Numbered from the whole stretch's first letter, positions 35,185-48,336 are shown. The stretch: 63,871 nucleotides of DNA, filler included, from Octopus bimaculoides (GCF_001194135.2; 7 parts of 7 records of this genome joined end to end with filler, not necessarily neighbours in it), one strand, 5' to 3'. The notes: generated by a model from the letters alone, not told the origin. Translations and numbers: made by a program.

Positions 35185-35700
35185 GCTGAGCTTTCAAAGT
35201 AGACGTCTTCATGTTGCATCATCTGAAGCCTCCTTTCTGCCAGTTCTTTGATCCCATGTTGATACCTGTTTTTTGTCCTTCAAGGTGAAACATTCCTTCA
35301 ATGAAGCTTCCACCTCCTCTTGGTTGATGAAGCATCGCAAGCACAAGAAATGAGCCATGGATAAGAACAAGCAATAATCCGAGGGGAGATATTTTGCTGC
35401 AACCATAACGTGCACAAGCAGGGGTTAAGTAAGGACCAGCTTCCAGGACCTGTCACCAAACCTGGCTGTTTCAAACACAAGGGGATGCTCTGCATCTGGT
35501 AGAATTACAAGGGGATAATTCATGATAAGTTCATGTGGGATCAAAGAACAGGTAAAAAAAAAAAAAGGTCGCTTCAGATGGTGCAACACGATGGCCTCTA
35601 CTTCAAATGCTCGGCTGTTTTTGTTGCAACTTGATGGATAAAGCAAATAAGTCACGGAAACATTGCAAACCTTTTGACTTAGCATAGAAGTTAATTCAGG
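35185..35700. mobile_element. Rearranged mariner transposase remnant
   Basis: Minus strand 35200-35400 reads LPSDYCLFLSMAHFL..F.NQEEVE; plus strand 35400-35640 reads KPG...KGMLCIW*NYKGIIH...DQ.T. Confidence 0.7.
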
Positions 35701-36099
35701 GCTGTGAGAGAACGTAGATGCAAGAAGGGTGATCAGAGGTGGAGAGACAAATGAATGGAGGCAGGAGACCAAGCAGCTCCCTAAGAACAGAGGCCATTGT
35801 AGTAGTGGTAAAAAACACAGAGAGAGGAGGCAGCATACTTACAGGGCCAGAGTGGGGAGCATGTCTGTGAATCTATTTGGAAATACAGAATTTCGTTACA
35901 AAATAACATCTAATTTTTATGTTTGTTTGTCTTCAATGAGTGTTTTTCCTCATCCAAAATCTCTCTTCACTTCTCTCTGTCTAATTTAAAATGCAATATT
36001 TCTCACTAAAATATCACTTTTAATGTTTGTCTGTCTCTTCATTACTCTGTCTGTGTGTCTTTCTGTCATAATCCATTATCACTGTATCAGCCACACAAT

Positions 36100-36375
36100 C
36101 GGTTGTTGTTGTTATACACCACTGGTCACAGTGCGCTTTCTCACATTGTCATAGCTCTCAAATGATGCCATCCTGCTGGCTAAGCTAGGAGGCAAACATC
36201 CCCCTTGAACAAAATGCCAGTCCATTGTAGGGTGTATACTTTTACAGCTGAGTGGACTGCAGCAATGTCAAATGAAGTATTTTGCTCAAGAACACAACTC
36301 ACTGCTGCTCCGGGAATTGAAACCATGATCTTGCAATCATGAGTGCAACACCCTCACCACTTGGCCATACACCTT
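36100..36375 (-). mobile_element. tRNA-derived SINE family D
   Basis: Reverse complement begins TGGCCAAGTGGTGAGGGTGTTGCACTCATGATTGCAAGATCATGGTTTCAATTCCCGG (A/B boxes). Confidence 0.75.
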
Positions 36376-36800
36376 TGCCATAATCCAATATATCCACACA
36401 AAATCTTCCCTTTGTATCATCCCATAATTCCTCCTATATCCTCTCTAAATCACAAGACTCACATTTTATCTGTACCATGTGTTTCATTAAAAAACGTTCT
36501 TCTTGTATCTCATGTTTGTTTAATAATTATAGTTTATCTATGCAGTCTTCTATTGTATCCAAATCTCTCTAACAATGTTTGTATAATTAAAATTTTAATT
36601 ATAAATTTTCTATGCCAATCTGTTAATCTAATCTTTTGTATATGTTTTTAATAAAATATTTTATATAAATATAATTAGTGTCTCGTTTTTCATCTACCTT
36701 TTTTTTTTGTGATGATTTTGTTGCTAATTCAGGGTAATTAACTCAGCTGGTGTTAATTACTTCTCAATAATATTGATATTTAAACATACTTGTATGTGTG

Positions 36801-36865
<65 letters not shown>

Positions 36866-37079
36866 ATACACTATGGAAGACTGGTGAGATCGTTATTTGT
36901 ATGGATGTAAAGATTGGTCAATATTTAGTATGTAATTTAGTTATTGTAGGTTTACTATTAATACGGATACAGATGTGCTTAGGTTTATGTGTTTATTTTT
37001 GTTTAATTTTAAAGCTTTTAATCCTGCCTATATTTGATTGAATACTGTTGTACATAGGGTAAATTTGTTTGAAAGTTGT

Positions 37080-37114
<35 letters not shown>

Positions 37115-37304
37115 GTATGTTTGTTACCAAACAACACTTCTTTTAGTGCTGTTGACACTGCCAGATTGAATGGTCCTGCCCAGGTGTCGAAACCATAATG
37201 ACATCTGTGGGGCAGCTGATGATGGAAGTATGTTGGATTGCTGGTATGGTTGTTTGTGTATTTGTGGAGTAGTTATAACCCACCCTTTTGATATATTTTA
37301 TATG

Positions 37305-37335
<31 letters not shown>

Positions 37336-37643
37336 AACTGAAATAAAACATCCATAGAATACACTATCTGGTGTATGTGACTTGTGTCTTGAGGAAGTCT
37401 TGTGCAACCTGTTAAGGAAAAAAAATCTTGGTAAACAAGCATGCTCAAAATATACCGAGATGTGCCCACCATGCCAAATATGCATTCTCCAGATACAGCT
37501 CTGTGAAATAATAATAATAATAATAATTCAGTGAACTCTCTCCCTCTCCTCTTCTTCCTATCCATGTGTACACGTGTCAGGTTGTATTGCTCACTCTCTC
37601 TTTCTTTCTTTCTTTCTTTCTTTCTCTATCTCTCTCTCTCTCC

Positions 37644-37676
<33 letters not shown>

Positions 37677-38480
37677 GCAATATAAAAATATACAAGGTGT
37701 AAAGACACTGAAGATTCAGTATACACCACGTGGCAAAATTATGAGTTGAAAATATGTGTAAAAAAAATTTCAAAAGTGGAAGAGAAATGCCTTCGTTTCA
37801 TATAGTTTAATATCTTTTTTTAAAATATATTGCATACTGTATGGATGTTGTGAAATCCAACCGGTTTTCGCTATGTAAATTAGCTTTTCAAGGGACATTG
37901 TACAGTAATCAGTTCTCGTGACAGAGGGGTTTCGTCATTTTGGATGTTTGAAGAATAAGAAGAATGATGAGTTTGGGGAGTGAACCAAGGGAAGCAGCAG
38001 GGGGACAACTGGCTCCTTAGTAGAATTTTTTTTAAGAAAATGGGACTTTGTACCAGCTGCAGATTTGGTCTGTGGTACTCAGCAAGCTGTCCTGCAGGAA
38101 TTCTCAGTTGCTCTCTATGTCACAAGTTTGTAACTCCTCCTCCCTCTCATCAAATTTCTCAATTAGGATGTCCCTAAATCTCTTACCACACACACACATG
38201 CACGCACAGAAACATGCACAACAGGTTTCTTTCAGTTTCCGTCTACCAAATAAACTCATAAGTCTTTGGTTGGCTCGAGGCTATAGTAGAATACACTTGC
38301 CAAAGACAGGATAGAAGCTGAAGCCAAGCTTCATACCACATGACCACACCTGCACATGCATGAATGCACACAGATGATAGTTGCAGGAATGCACATATGT
38401 TAACTATACTTCCTGAAAGACTGCTGCATAAACACAGTCAGTGCACTGTGAGGTACACCCAAGATATTTTGACCTAAATT

Positions 38481-38524
<44 letters not shown>

Positions 38525-38529
<5 letters not shown>

Positions 38530-38695
38530 CGACGGGGCTTCTTTCAGTTTCCATCTACCAAATCCACTCACAAGGCTTTGGTCGGCCTGAGGCTATAGTA
38601 GGAGACACTTGCCCAAGGTGCCACACAGTGGGAGACTGAACCCGGAACCATGTAGTTGGTAAGCAAGCTACTTACCACACAGCCACTCCTGCGCC
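38525..38695 (-). mobile_element. SINE family B, 5' half with well-preserved head
   Basis: Reverse complement GGCGCAGGAGTGGCTGTGTGGTAAGTAGCTTGCTTACC...GGTTCAGTC. Confidence 0.85.
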
Positions 38696-39339
38696 TATAT
38701 TTAGATTTATTTAAAAGATTTCATGCAGCATTGGTCTACAACCATTTATAATTAATTCTGAATGAAACTGATAGAATAAAAATACTGGGGTCAATTCGAT
38801 TCATCTGACTAATAATTCTACAAGGCAGTGCCCCAGCATGTCCACAGTCCAGTGACTGAAATAAGTAAAAGATAAATGACACCCACAACAGGCGTCTTTC
38901 AGTTTCTGTCTACCAAATCCACCCATGAGGCTATGGTCGACCCATGTCTATAGTAGAAAACATTTGCCAAAGGTAGGACCTAGCTTCTTACCCGACCACA
39001 CCTGCACATGCGTGAATGCATACAAATAGCTGAAGGAAAGCACATATATTAAAATATACTTCCTGAAAGACTGCTGCATAAACACATTCAACACACTGTG
39101 ACGCACACCCAAGATATTTTGACCTGCCTCAATTAATAATCATTAGAGGTGTGTGCAGCTAATTATAATGTACATTGACATATACATTCATTAAAGCTAG
39201 CACACACACACATTAATTAAGAAAACATTGATTCCTATATGTATGTATATATGTAATTTTCACAGGTATTTATGAACAATACATAACCAATATTATATGT
39301 CTGTCTGTCTATCTATATATCTATCTATCTATCTATATG

Positions 39340-39379
<40 letters not shown>

Positions 39380-39933
39380 AAAGAGACCACAAAGTGGACT
39401 GTTGATGTGCTAGAAGAAGATCACCAAAAAGTTCTCAAGAAAAAATTAGTGAAGCAAAAACATACGGGCGAGGCTAGTGAAAATTATAGAAATAAATATC
39501 ATTTTATATGTATTATCTGTTATGGTATTAAATTGATATTAATTAATATCAAANNNNNNNNNNATATATATATATATATATACATAACCCCACACACACA
39601 CAACATATATTTTGCTGAGATCCTGACTAACCTAAGCATCAAAAAGTTTAAGTAGAAAAAAATCTTTAAGGAAGATTACGAATAAAAAGAAAATATTAAG
39701 AATTTGCTTGCATTACTGTGAGGATTAGAACACACAACTCCTTGGATTTTAAAAAAAAAACTCTGTAAACCCCCTGGAACCATTAAAAAGAAACCGTTGC
39801 CCCAAATTGCTCTCTAGCACGTCTGGATTGGAACATCTCTCCTTGGACTAGACACTGAATTCTCAACCTAAGATCAAATCAAACCTGCAACCTCAACCAA
39901 AGAATTAAAATAAATATCAGTAATACAAATAAA

Positions 39934-40325
39934 ATGGCTTGCCCCTGTTCTTTTTGTTTGTCTACTGCGCGACAAACAAAATATGAGAGAGCCCCAAACA
40001 AAACCGACAAAAACTTGGAAGATCCATCCATGTTTGATCAAATCTTCATTCTATTGACAATGATCTTAATCCTTGTTGATGTTTCTTCTGACTTGGTACT
40101 CGCATTCTCTTACCTGAATAGATCGCATTACGTCTGGTTCGGCCTCACACTGGCCTTTGTCCTGGTGCCTTCTGTCTCAAACTCGATCCTCAGTCTGTAT
40201 TTTTACTACCACGACTATAAAGAGGAACAGCAGTTCAAATCAAAGGACCCAAATTTCAGATCTTCTTCCACCTTATGGATATTACGTATCGTCTTCACCA
40301 TCCTCCAGATGGCGCCTATCGTCAG
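39934..40325 (+). CDS. XK-related protein copy B, exon 1
   Basis: AAAATGG start; DVSSDLVLA (D..D in TM1), WFGLTLAFVLVPS and LQMAPIVR are XK N-terminal motifs; AG|GTAGGA phase-2 donor at 40326. Confidence 0.92.
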
Positions 40326-41058
40326 GTAGGAAAAGCTTTTCTTATTATTCTTGCTGCTGCTGTTGTTGTTGTTGCTTAAGCCCAGGTGAGTCCTAGTCAA
40401 AGTTGTTCCAGCTGTGACCATCCCGTCTTTCAAACATAGAATACCATGGTTGTCTTTGCCTCTTGTCCCTTCAGGGTCAATACAGGTTCTGTACTGGGGC
40501 TCATTCTCTCTCTCTTCCCCCCTCCTCTCCCACTCTCCTCTCCCTCTCTCTCTGGAAGAAACTTTCTCAGGAATCGCCTCTGCTAAGTCTAAAACAAATA
40601 CATATTTTGTGATAGCACCATTGTGGCTAGTTCTATGCACATACGCCCTAGAAACGGGGAAACCGGGCCCATGAGCCTGGCTAAGCATTGAAAGGGCGAC
40701 GTTTACCGTTAGGACTACACATACATTCCAATGTTTACACAACTACGTGAAATTTTTACAGGACACACACTCAGGCATATAAAAAAAAAACACGTGTCAC
40801 AAACGAAGCAAAAACAAAACATTTTTCTTTTCTTTTTTTCTTCTTATTTTCATTTTTCGAACTAACACAGACAGAGTGAACCATTGATAAGTTTAAAAAC
40901 ACCACACAAACTATGCTCGGAGATAAATCTATCAACAAAATAAATACGGATTTGTTAACCTTGAGAAGCTGCGTTACGGGCAATGTTTACATGGCTATTT
41001 GCATTAGTTTTCTTTGCTTCTGAAGTACGTATTTTTACAGTCCTATGGTGGTTATTTT

Positions 41059-41250
41059 ATAAATAAAAATATTCAAGGGAAGTAACTGAACGTCTTACCA
41101 GTATTCTCCGTACATCTCTGTTTATAAATAAATCGCACACGTTATTTGATTGACGTTAGGGTTAGGGTGTGATTTATTTATAAACAGCTAGAAGAAAACG
41201 GATAATACTGGTAAGTCGTTCAGTTATTTCCCTTGAATATTTTTATTTAT
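41059..41250. repeat. Fold-back MITE-like element in XK-B intron 1, ~80-bp arms
   Basis: ATAAATAAAAATATTCAAGGGAA.TAACTGAACG.CTTACCAGTATT is mirrored; the loop region contains TTAGGGTTAGGG. Confidence 0.88.
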
Positions 41251-41299
41251 TTTTTTATCCCCCTAAACTTGAAGATTACCTTATTATTATTATTATTAA

Positions 41300-41844
41300 G
41301 GCAATTTTCCTATGCCTAGTGGCTGTAGCGAAAGAGGTGATATGGTGGACCCGTTTGAAAGGGTTAAAGACAGACACTTTCCTCTTTGGCCAAGGCCTCA
41401 TCAACTTTTTCAAGTTCCACTTGAAAAGGGAGAAGAGAGGGAAGTGCTGTCTCATAGCAACTTCGTTGAAAGATGGGTGACTGTTGGAAGAATGGCCAGT
41501 ATAAACGGACCAATTCTGAGAATACACCTGTAGAAAAAAAAGAAAGAAAAAAGGTAATGTAAAAGGAGAAAGGGCTCTATACCCCTTTCTTATTTTTTCT
41601 GACCAGGCTCCCGTGGTTTTATGGGTTTTTCCACGTGTAACCTTTCCTTTTTCGAAGCGCCTCCCCCTTTGGGAGTTCTACTTATTTATTTATCTATTTA
41701 TTTATTATATCTTTCTCCGTTTTCTTCCTCTGTTTAAACGAACTTTCCTACCTTTTCGGACAAAACCCTTTGAAACCTTCGTCCTGTCTTTGTCCTTACA
41801 TGTTTTTAATTGATATTAGCCCTTGTGGTCAATAAAACGAATTA

Positions 41845-41885
<41 letters not shown>
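41300..41885 (+). mobile_element. 3' end of a LINE (L1/Tx1-like): ORF2 C-terminus, 3' UTR, AATAAA and (ATT)n tail
   Basis: CLVAVAKEVIWWTRLKGL...INFFKFHLK / VLS..FVERWVTV, then a T-rich UTR, AATAAA at about 41831 and an (ATT)n tract. Confidence 0.55.
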
Positions 41886-41886
<1 letters not shown>

Positions 41887-42053
41887 AATATATAAAGGAA
41901 TGAGGTAACTCCTCCAGAAGTAGATTGACAAAATTATTTTTTGAACCCGTTGAAAATACACAAGGTGTTGAAATATCGTTCACTACATGACAAGGGCACG
42001 CTTCTATTATTATTATTATTACTATTATTATTATTTCTCCTTCTCTTATTCAG

Positions 42054-42250
42054 GAACTTGGAAACTTTTCGATATGGTATAAAAAGTAAGACGACGCAGA
42101 GCAAGGATGACCACATATACTACAACAAATGGATGCTGCGTGAGAGTGCAGACGCCCGGATGTTGGGTCTGTTTGAGTGTTTTATGGAGAGTGCACCACA
42201 GCTGACACTGCAGTTGCATATCCTGGTGGTGGACCCTACTACTACACTAG
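42054..42250 (+). CDS. XK-related protein copy B, exon 2 (phase 2-1)
   Basis: TTCAG acceptor, G|GTAATG donor at 42251; in phase with exon 1; DARMLGLFECFMESAPQLTLQLHI. Confidence 0.9.
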
Positions 42251-42539
42251 GTAATGCACCTTGTTGTTGTTTCTTTCTATTTTTAGATTTAATTGTTATG
42301 AAGGGGTGGACATGGCTGGCTTCTGTGGTTCGGGAGTATGCTTTGCAACAATGGACTTCTGGGTTCCATCTTCCTGCACACCGCTACCCTGCTTGATCAC
42401 TGCCTACTTGTAAGAGGGACTGTGAGGAGACAGAAATTGTATGGGAGTCTGTAGTGTGTATATACGCATATGCGTATATACGAATTTATGTATATATGTG
42501 TTTATATGTATATATATATATGTATGAGTATATATTTAT

Positions 42540-42577
<38 letters not shown>

Positions 42578-42876
42578 ATATATATATATATATATATATA
42601 TANNNNNNNNNNNNNNNNNNNNNNNNNNNNNNNNNNNNNNNNNNNNTTAATTAATTAANNNNNNNNNNNNNNNNNNNNNNNNNNNNNNNNNNNNNNNNNN
42701 NNTATATATATATATATATTCATACATACATATATATATACATACATATATAGCGACGCATACATACACACACACACACACACACACACTCACACACACA
42801 TATATATATATATACATTCATACATGCGTGCATACATACATATATACATACACACACACACACATGCATGCATGCA

Positions 42877-42911
<35 letters not shown>

Positions 42912-43150
42912 GTATATATATGTATGTATATATAGAGTGTGTTAATGTTGTTTATAGAACCATCAATGTGAAAAGCCACTTAACTGACATTTTGTACCAA
43001 TTTCAGTTCAGTGTCAACTCTGTTTGTGTCGCAGGTCAGAGGTACTTGTTCGGTCTAAGTCATTAGGCCACGACTACACATCACTGATGTCACATGTGCA
43101 GATGTATCAACCTGTCTGTCTCTTTGTCATTCAGTTTGCCTATCTATCTG

Positions 43151-43197
<47 letters not shown>

Positions 43198-43304
43198 CTG
43201 TCTGTCTGTCTGTCTTTTGTATTTTGTCCCCTCTGTGTTGAGCCCTGTGTGGCTAATAAAGAAACCTATCTTTGTGATCGTTCATCCATCCATCCATCCA
43301 TCTA

Positions 43305-43615
43305 GGCAGCGAGCTGGCAGAAACGTTAGAACGCCGGGCGAAATGCCTAGCAGTATTTCGTCTGCTGTTACGTTCTGAGTTCGAATTCCGCCGAGGTCGA
43401 CTTCGCCTTTCATCCTTTCGGGGTCGATTAAATAAGTACCAGNNNNNNNNNNNNNNNNNNNNNNNNNNNNNNNNNNNNNNNNNNNNNNNNNNNNNNNNNN
43501 NNNNNNNNNNNNNNNNNNNNNNNAATCACTGGGGTCGATGTAATCGACTTAATCCCCTTGTCTGTCCTTGTTTGTCCCCTCTATGTTTAGCCCCCCTGTG
43601 GGCAATAAAGAAATC
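43305..43615 (+). mobile_element. SINE family A, split by an N-gap
   Basis: GGCAGCGAGCTGGCAGAAACGTTAG...GCAATAAAGAAAT, close to the family consensus. Confidence 0.88.
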
Positions 43616-44399
43616 TATCTATCTATCTATCTATCTATCTGTCTGTCTGTCTGTCTGTCTGCCTTTCTATCTATTCATCTATGTATCTAAATACACACAC
43701 AAGAGTAAAAGAGTGTATATATATAAATAATATATGAGTATATGCATATATATGTACATGTATGTACATACCTTCATCTACATGTATATATAGATGCATA
43801 TCTGGGTACATGACGTTGCAAAAAAACATGGACAAATGATAAACATGGTACAAAAAACAGACAGGCCACATAGAGGACATATCCTTCATCAGCTGCCACC
43901 ATTATAACACTGGCGTTTCGAAGAGTTAGGGCAGGACGCATCGTTAAAATGGCTCTTCCCACGGACACAAATTAAATTTGTTCCATGGAGGATAGTGGCG
44001 GACGGAGCTTGTGAGCTGAAACTAGATATACAAATTATATACATAATTATAATAATTATAATTTTACTTGCCACAAGGGCGAAGGATGCGGGAGACAATA
44101 CAAAGACAGACATAAATTGTAGGGGTTTACATATAATGAAATGATAAAAGTAAGTATACATGGTATACACTGAGAAAAAAGGGATATATGCGTAGATATA
44201 TGTCGGCAAAAGTGAGTAATCTTGCGATGGACCAGTGACCCATCCAGGTGGAGAATTTATATGCCACAGAAAGTGGGAAACCGGCCCTTGTGAGTCCGTA
44301 TGACTCGAGAAGGGGCTTTATCTTTAACCAGCATCTACACGTGATCTGAACTAGCCAATGAGAACGAACCTTGCTTATGATTTCATGACAATCAAGCTT

Positions 44400-45295
44400 A
44401 ACTATTTATTTATCTATCTATCTATCTATCTATCTATTTATCCATATACCTGTTTATATTTATCTGTCTATCAGTTAATGTGTCTATCTATCTATCTATC
44501 TATTTATCCATCTACCTGTCTATATTTATTTACCTATCTATCTATCTACTTATCCATCTATCTATTTATAGTCTATCTCTCTATCACACTTCTCACTCTC
44601 CTCCTCCCCTCTTCACATCTTCTCCTCCTCCTTTCTTTATCTCAATCACACAGCACTGTCTGTCTGCCTGTCTGTCTGTCTGCCTGTCTGTCTGTCTGCC
44701 TGTCTGTCTGTCTGCCTGTCTGTCTGACACTCCCTGCCTCACACCTCTCGGTCTCCTCTTCCTCTTCTTCTCCCCCTCCCCCCTCTCTCTCTCTGTTATG
44801 CTTTACTCTCTTTCTCGTCCTATCTATTTTTATGACACCTTTTTCTCTCTCTAGACGTTTCTTACTATATTCTCTCTTCCTCTCTCTCTCTCTCTCCCAC
44901 TTTCTCCCTCTCCCTCTCTTCTACTCTCCTCTCTCCCGTCTCCCTCTCCTCCATCTCTATCATACTAACGCCTTTCGCCTCTTCTCTCTCCCCCTCTATT
45001 TCAATCTTACTCCCCACCTCTTTCCTCCACCCCTGTCTAACACAAACTCTATTACTCCTCCTTACACCCACACTCTCCTTCCTCTCTTCTTCCTCTCTCT
45101 TACTCTCTCTCTCTCTCTCTCGCTTTCACTCACTCTTTCACTTTGACTTCTACCTGTGTCACACACCTCTCTCCCCTCCTCCTCCTCCTCTTCCTCCTCC
45201 TCTTTCTCCTCCTCTCTATCATTCTATCACATATCCCACTCTCTCTTCCCCTGCCATGACCATAGCTCTACCCTCTCTCTCTCTCTCTCTCTCTC
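44400..45295. repeat. Compound (TCTA)n/(TCTG)n/(CT)n polypyrimidine tract
   Basis: Direct inspection. Confidence 0.9.
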
Positions 45296-46179
45296 NNNNN
45301 NNNNNNNNNNNNNNNNNNNNNNNNNNNNNNNNNNNNNNNNNNNNNNNNNNNNNNNNNNNNNNNNNNNNNNNNNNNNNNNNNNNNNNNNNNNNNNNNNNNN
45401 NNNNNNNNNNNNNNNNNNNNNNNNNNNNNNNNNNNNNNNNNNNNNNNNNNNNNNNNNNNNNNNNNNNNNNNNNNNNNNNNNNNNNNNNNNNNNNNNNNNN
45501 NNNNNNNNNNNNNNNNNNNNNNNNNNNNNNNNNNNNNNNNNNNNNNNNNNNNNNNNNNNNNNNNNNNNNNNNNNNNNNNNNNNNNNNNNNNNNNNNNNNN
45601 NNNNNNNNNNNNNNNNNNNNNNNNNNNNNNNNNNNNNNNNNNNNNNNNNNNNNNNNNNNNNNNNNNNNNNNNNNNNNNNNNNNNNNNNNNNNNNNNNNNN
45701 NNNNNNNNNNNNNNNNNNNNNNNNNNNNNNNNNNNNNNNNNNNNNNNNNNNNNNNNNNNNNNNNNNNNNNNNNNNNNNNNNNNNNNNNNNNNNNNNNNNN
45801 NNNNNNNNNNNNNNNNNNNNNNNNNNNNNNNNNNNNNNNNNNNNNNNNNNNNNNNNNNNNNNNNNNNNNNNNNNNNNNNNNNNNNNNNNNNNNNNNNNNN
45901 NNNNNNNNNNNNNNNNNNNNNNNNNNNNNNNNNNNNNNNNNNNNNNNNNNNNNNNNNNNNNNNNNNNNNNNNNNNNNNNNNNNNNNNNNNNNNNNNNNNN
46001 NNNNNNNNNNNNNNNNNNNNNNNNNNNNNNNNNNNNNNNNNNNNNNNNNNNNNNNNNNNNNNNNNNNNACCACCATCAACATCAACGCTACAACCAACAC
46101 CAACGCAAACACCTACGCCACCACCACCACCACCACCACCACCGGCACTGAGTGTCAATCTGAGGACTGTATGTACTGA

Positions 46180-46580
46180 GAGTGGTAAAGATCAAACATT
46201 CCGTCAGCATCATGGTGTTTGGAGTGATCACGTATTGATGGCGACGTTATGCCTCCATTCACCTTCCCACACGGCACCATGAGACACAAGCAGGAGAACC
46301 AAGTCCTGGCTGTCAGATAATTTCTGCCATCACATCACCCCTAATATCTGGCCACCTAACTCAACTCCCCAGACTGCAGCCCCCTTTATTATTGTGTGTG
46401 GAGCGCAGTTGAGCGAGAAACCAACAAATCTCTTTGTAACACCAAAGATGAACGGAAGGCAAGGATTATGGCAGCATTCACCAACCTAAACAAGGAGACC
46501 GTCCAGAAGAGTAGCAGAAGATACCGAAGTTGTCTGGAGGTCGTCGTTGAAGCCAATGGTGATTTTATTGAATAAATTTA
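46180..46580 (+). mobile_element. Tc1/mariner-superfamily (maT/DD37D-like) transposase remnant, internally deleted
   Basis: KIKHSVSIMVFGVI..GDVMPPFTFPHG...NIWPPNS.PDCSP...VW.AVERETNK...VVEANGDFIE*. Confidence 0.75.
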
Positions 46581-46720
46581 CTCTTTAGTATNNNNNNNNN
46601 NNNNNNNNNNNNNNNNNNNNNNNNNNNNNNNNNNNTTAATTAATTAANNNNNNNNNNNNNNNNNNNNNNNNNNNNNNNNNNNNNNNNNNNNTATATATGT
46701 ATATATATATATATATATAT

Positions 46721-46775
<55 letters not shown>

Positions 46776-47278
46776 AATATTAAGTAAATGTAAATATTAT
46801 AAATGAAGAAAAATTATATAAAAAAAACACGTAGAAATAATCCAACAATAACATGAACTGAAAGGAAATCAGTATCGAGTACAAGATAGAGTCACTAAAG
46901 GCAGTAACATCTCTGCTCTCTGCCTTGATAGTTTCATTTTTCATTACAAATGTGTCAGTAGAAAGTCATCAGGCTGTCAATTTGGTTGCAGAAGCATCGC
47001 TTCGAAATTGCAACTAATGGATAAGTGTGAAAATAATGATATACATAAAACCTTTCCAAAATATTATTCTAAAATAAAATAACATAAAATATCAATACCA
47101 AAAGAGAAAAAAAAAATGCAGTAGAAAAATCCAAAGTTCCCGCCAATTTACCTTACAGGAATCAATCACAAAACTATATTCCGGAATATATCTCCGAGGA
47201 GTTTCGAACAATTATTGTTGAGGAACAATTCAATGTATCGCGTTTCCTAGGAATATCATCGTATACAAGTCACCAAGG

Positions 47279-47398
<120 letters not shown>

Positions 47399-47466
47399 TT
47401 AACTATCTATTTATCTATTTATCTATCTTTCTATTTATCTATCTATCTATTTATTTATTTATTTAT

Positions 47467-47500
<34 letters not shown>

Positions 47501-48336
47501 GTCTGTCTGTTTGTCTATATGTGCGTGTGCGTATGTGTGAGTGTGTATATGCGTGTTTGTCTATGTGTATGTGCGTGTATGTGTGAGAACGTTTGTGTGT
47601 GCACATGCATAATACATACATATATGTATGCATACATGCATACACACACACAAACACACACACACACGCTTTTATAAATATATATATAACGTTATGGCAG
47701 GTGTGAAATATTTTATTTTGTGTTACTGTAATTACTTTTATTATCATACTGAGAGCGTAAAGATATTTATCGACGATATATCTTCTTTCCTTTCCAGAGA
47801 AATATAACGTATTAAAGTGTTTTTTCAGTGCTACATTGGATATTTTACTTTACTGATCTAATGTGACGGATGTACAAAATATTTCTCATAAAAGATGGAT
47901 TTAATTCTCAGAGCATATTTACTGATGTACACTAATCTCTATCTGTAACTAAATATTATTTCAAATTAGATATAACTTTAACATGGGACTATTCAGTTTG
48001 AAAGCTTACTATTTTCTGTTTCCTTTACAATTTTTAAAGGTCTCAAAACGCATACGAAACTATTGCATCATATTTGAATATTCGAATTGTTCTCTTTATA
48101 TTTGATTCATTAATAGATGTTATTTTGTTCGGCAAAATTACCTCTTTCTCCCGAGGTCGCTTTCTAAACGTGCGCGCGCATACATACACACATAACATAT
48201 AAACAGACGTTCATACGCATAGATACATACATACATATGCACTCTTACATACATACACACATACATACATGCATGCATATATAGGTATGTATATATATAT
48301 ATATAAAGAGAGAGAATTTATAGAATCATATATATA

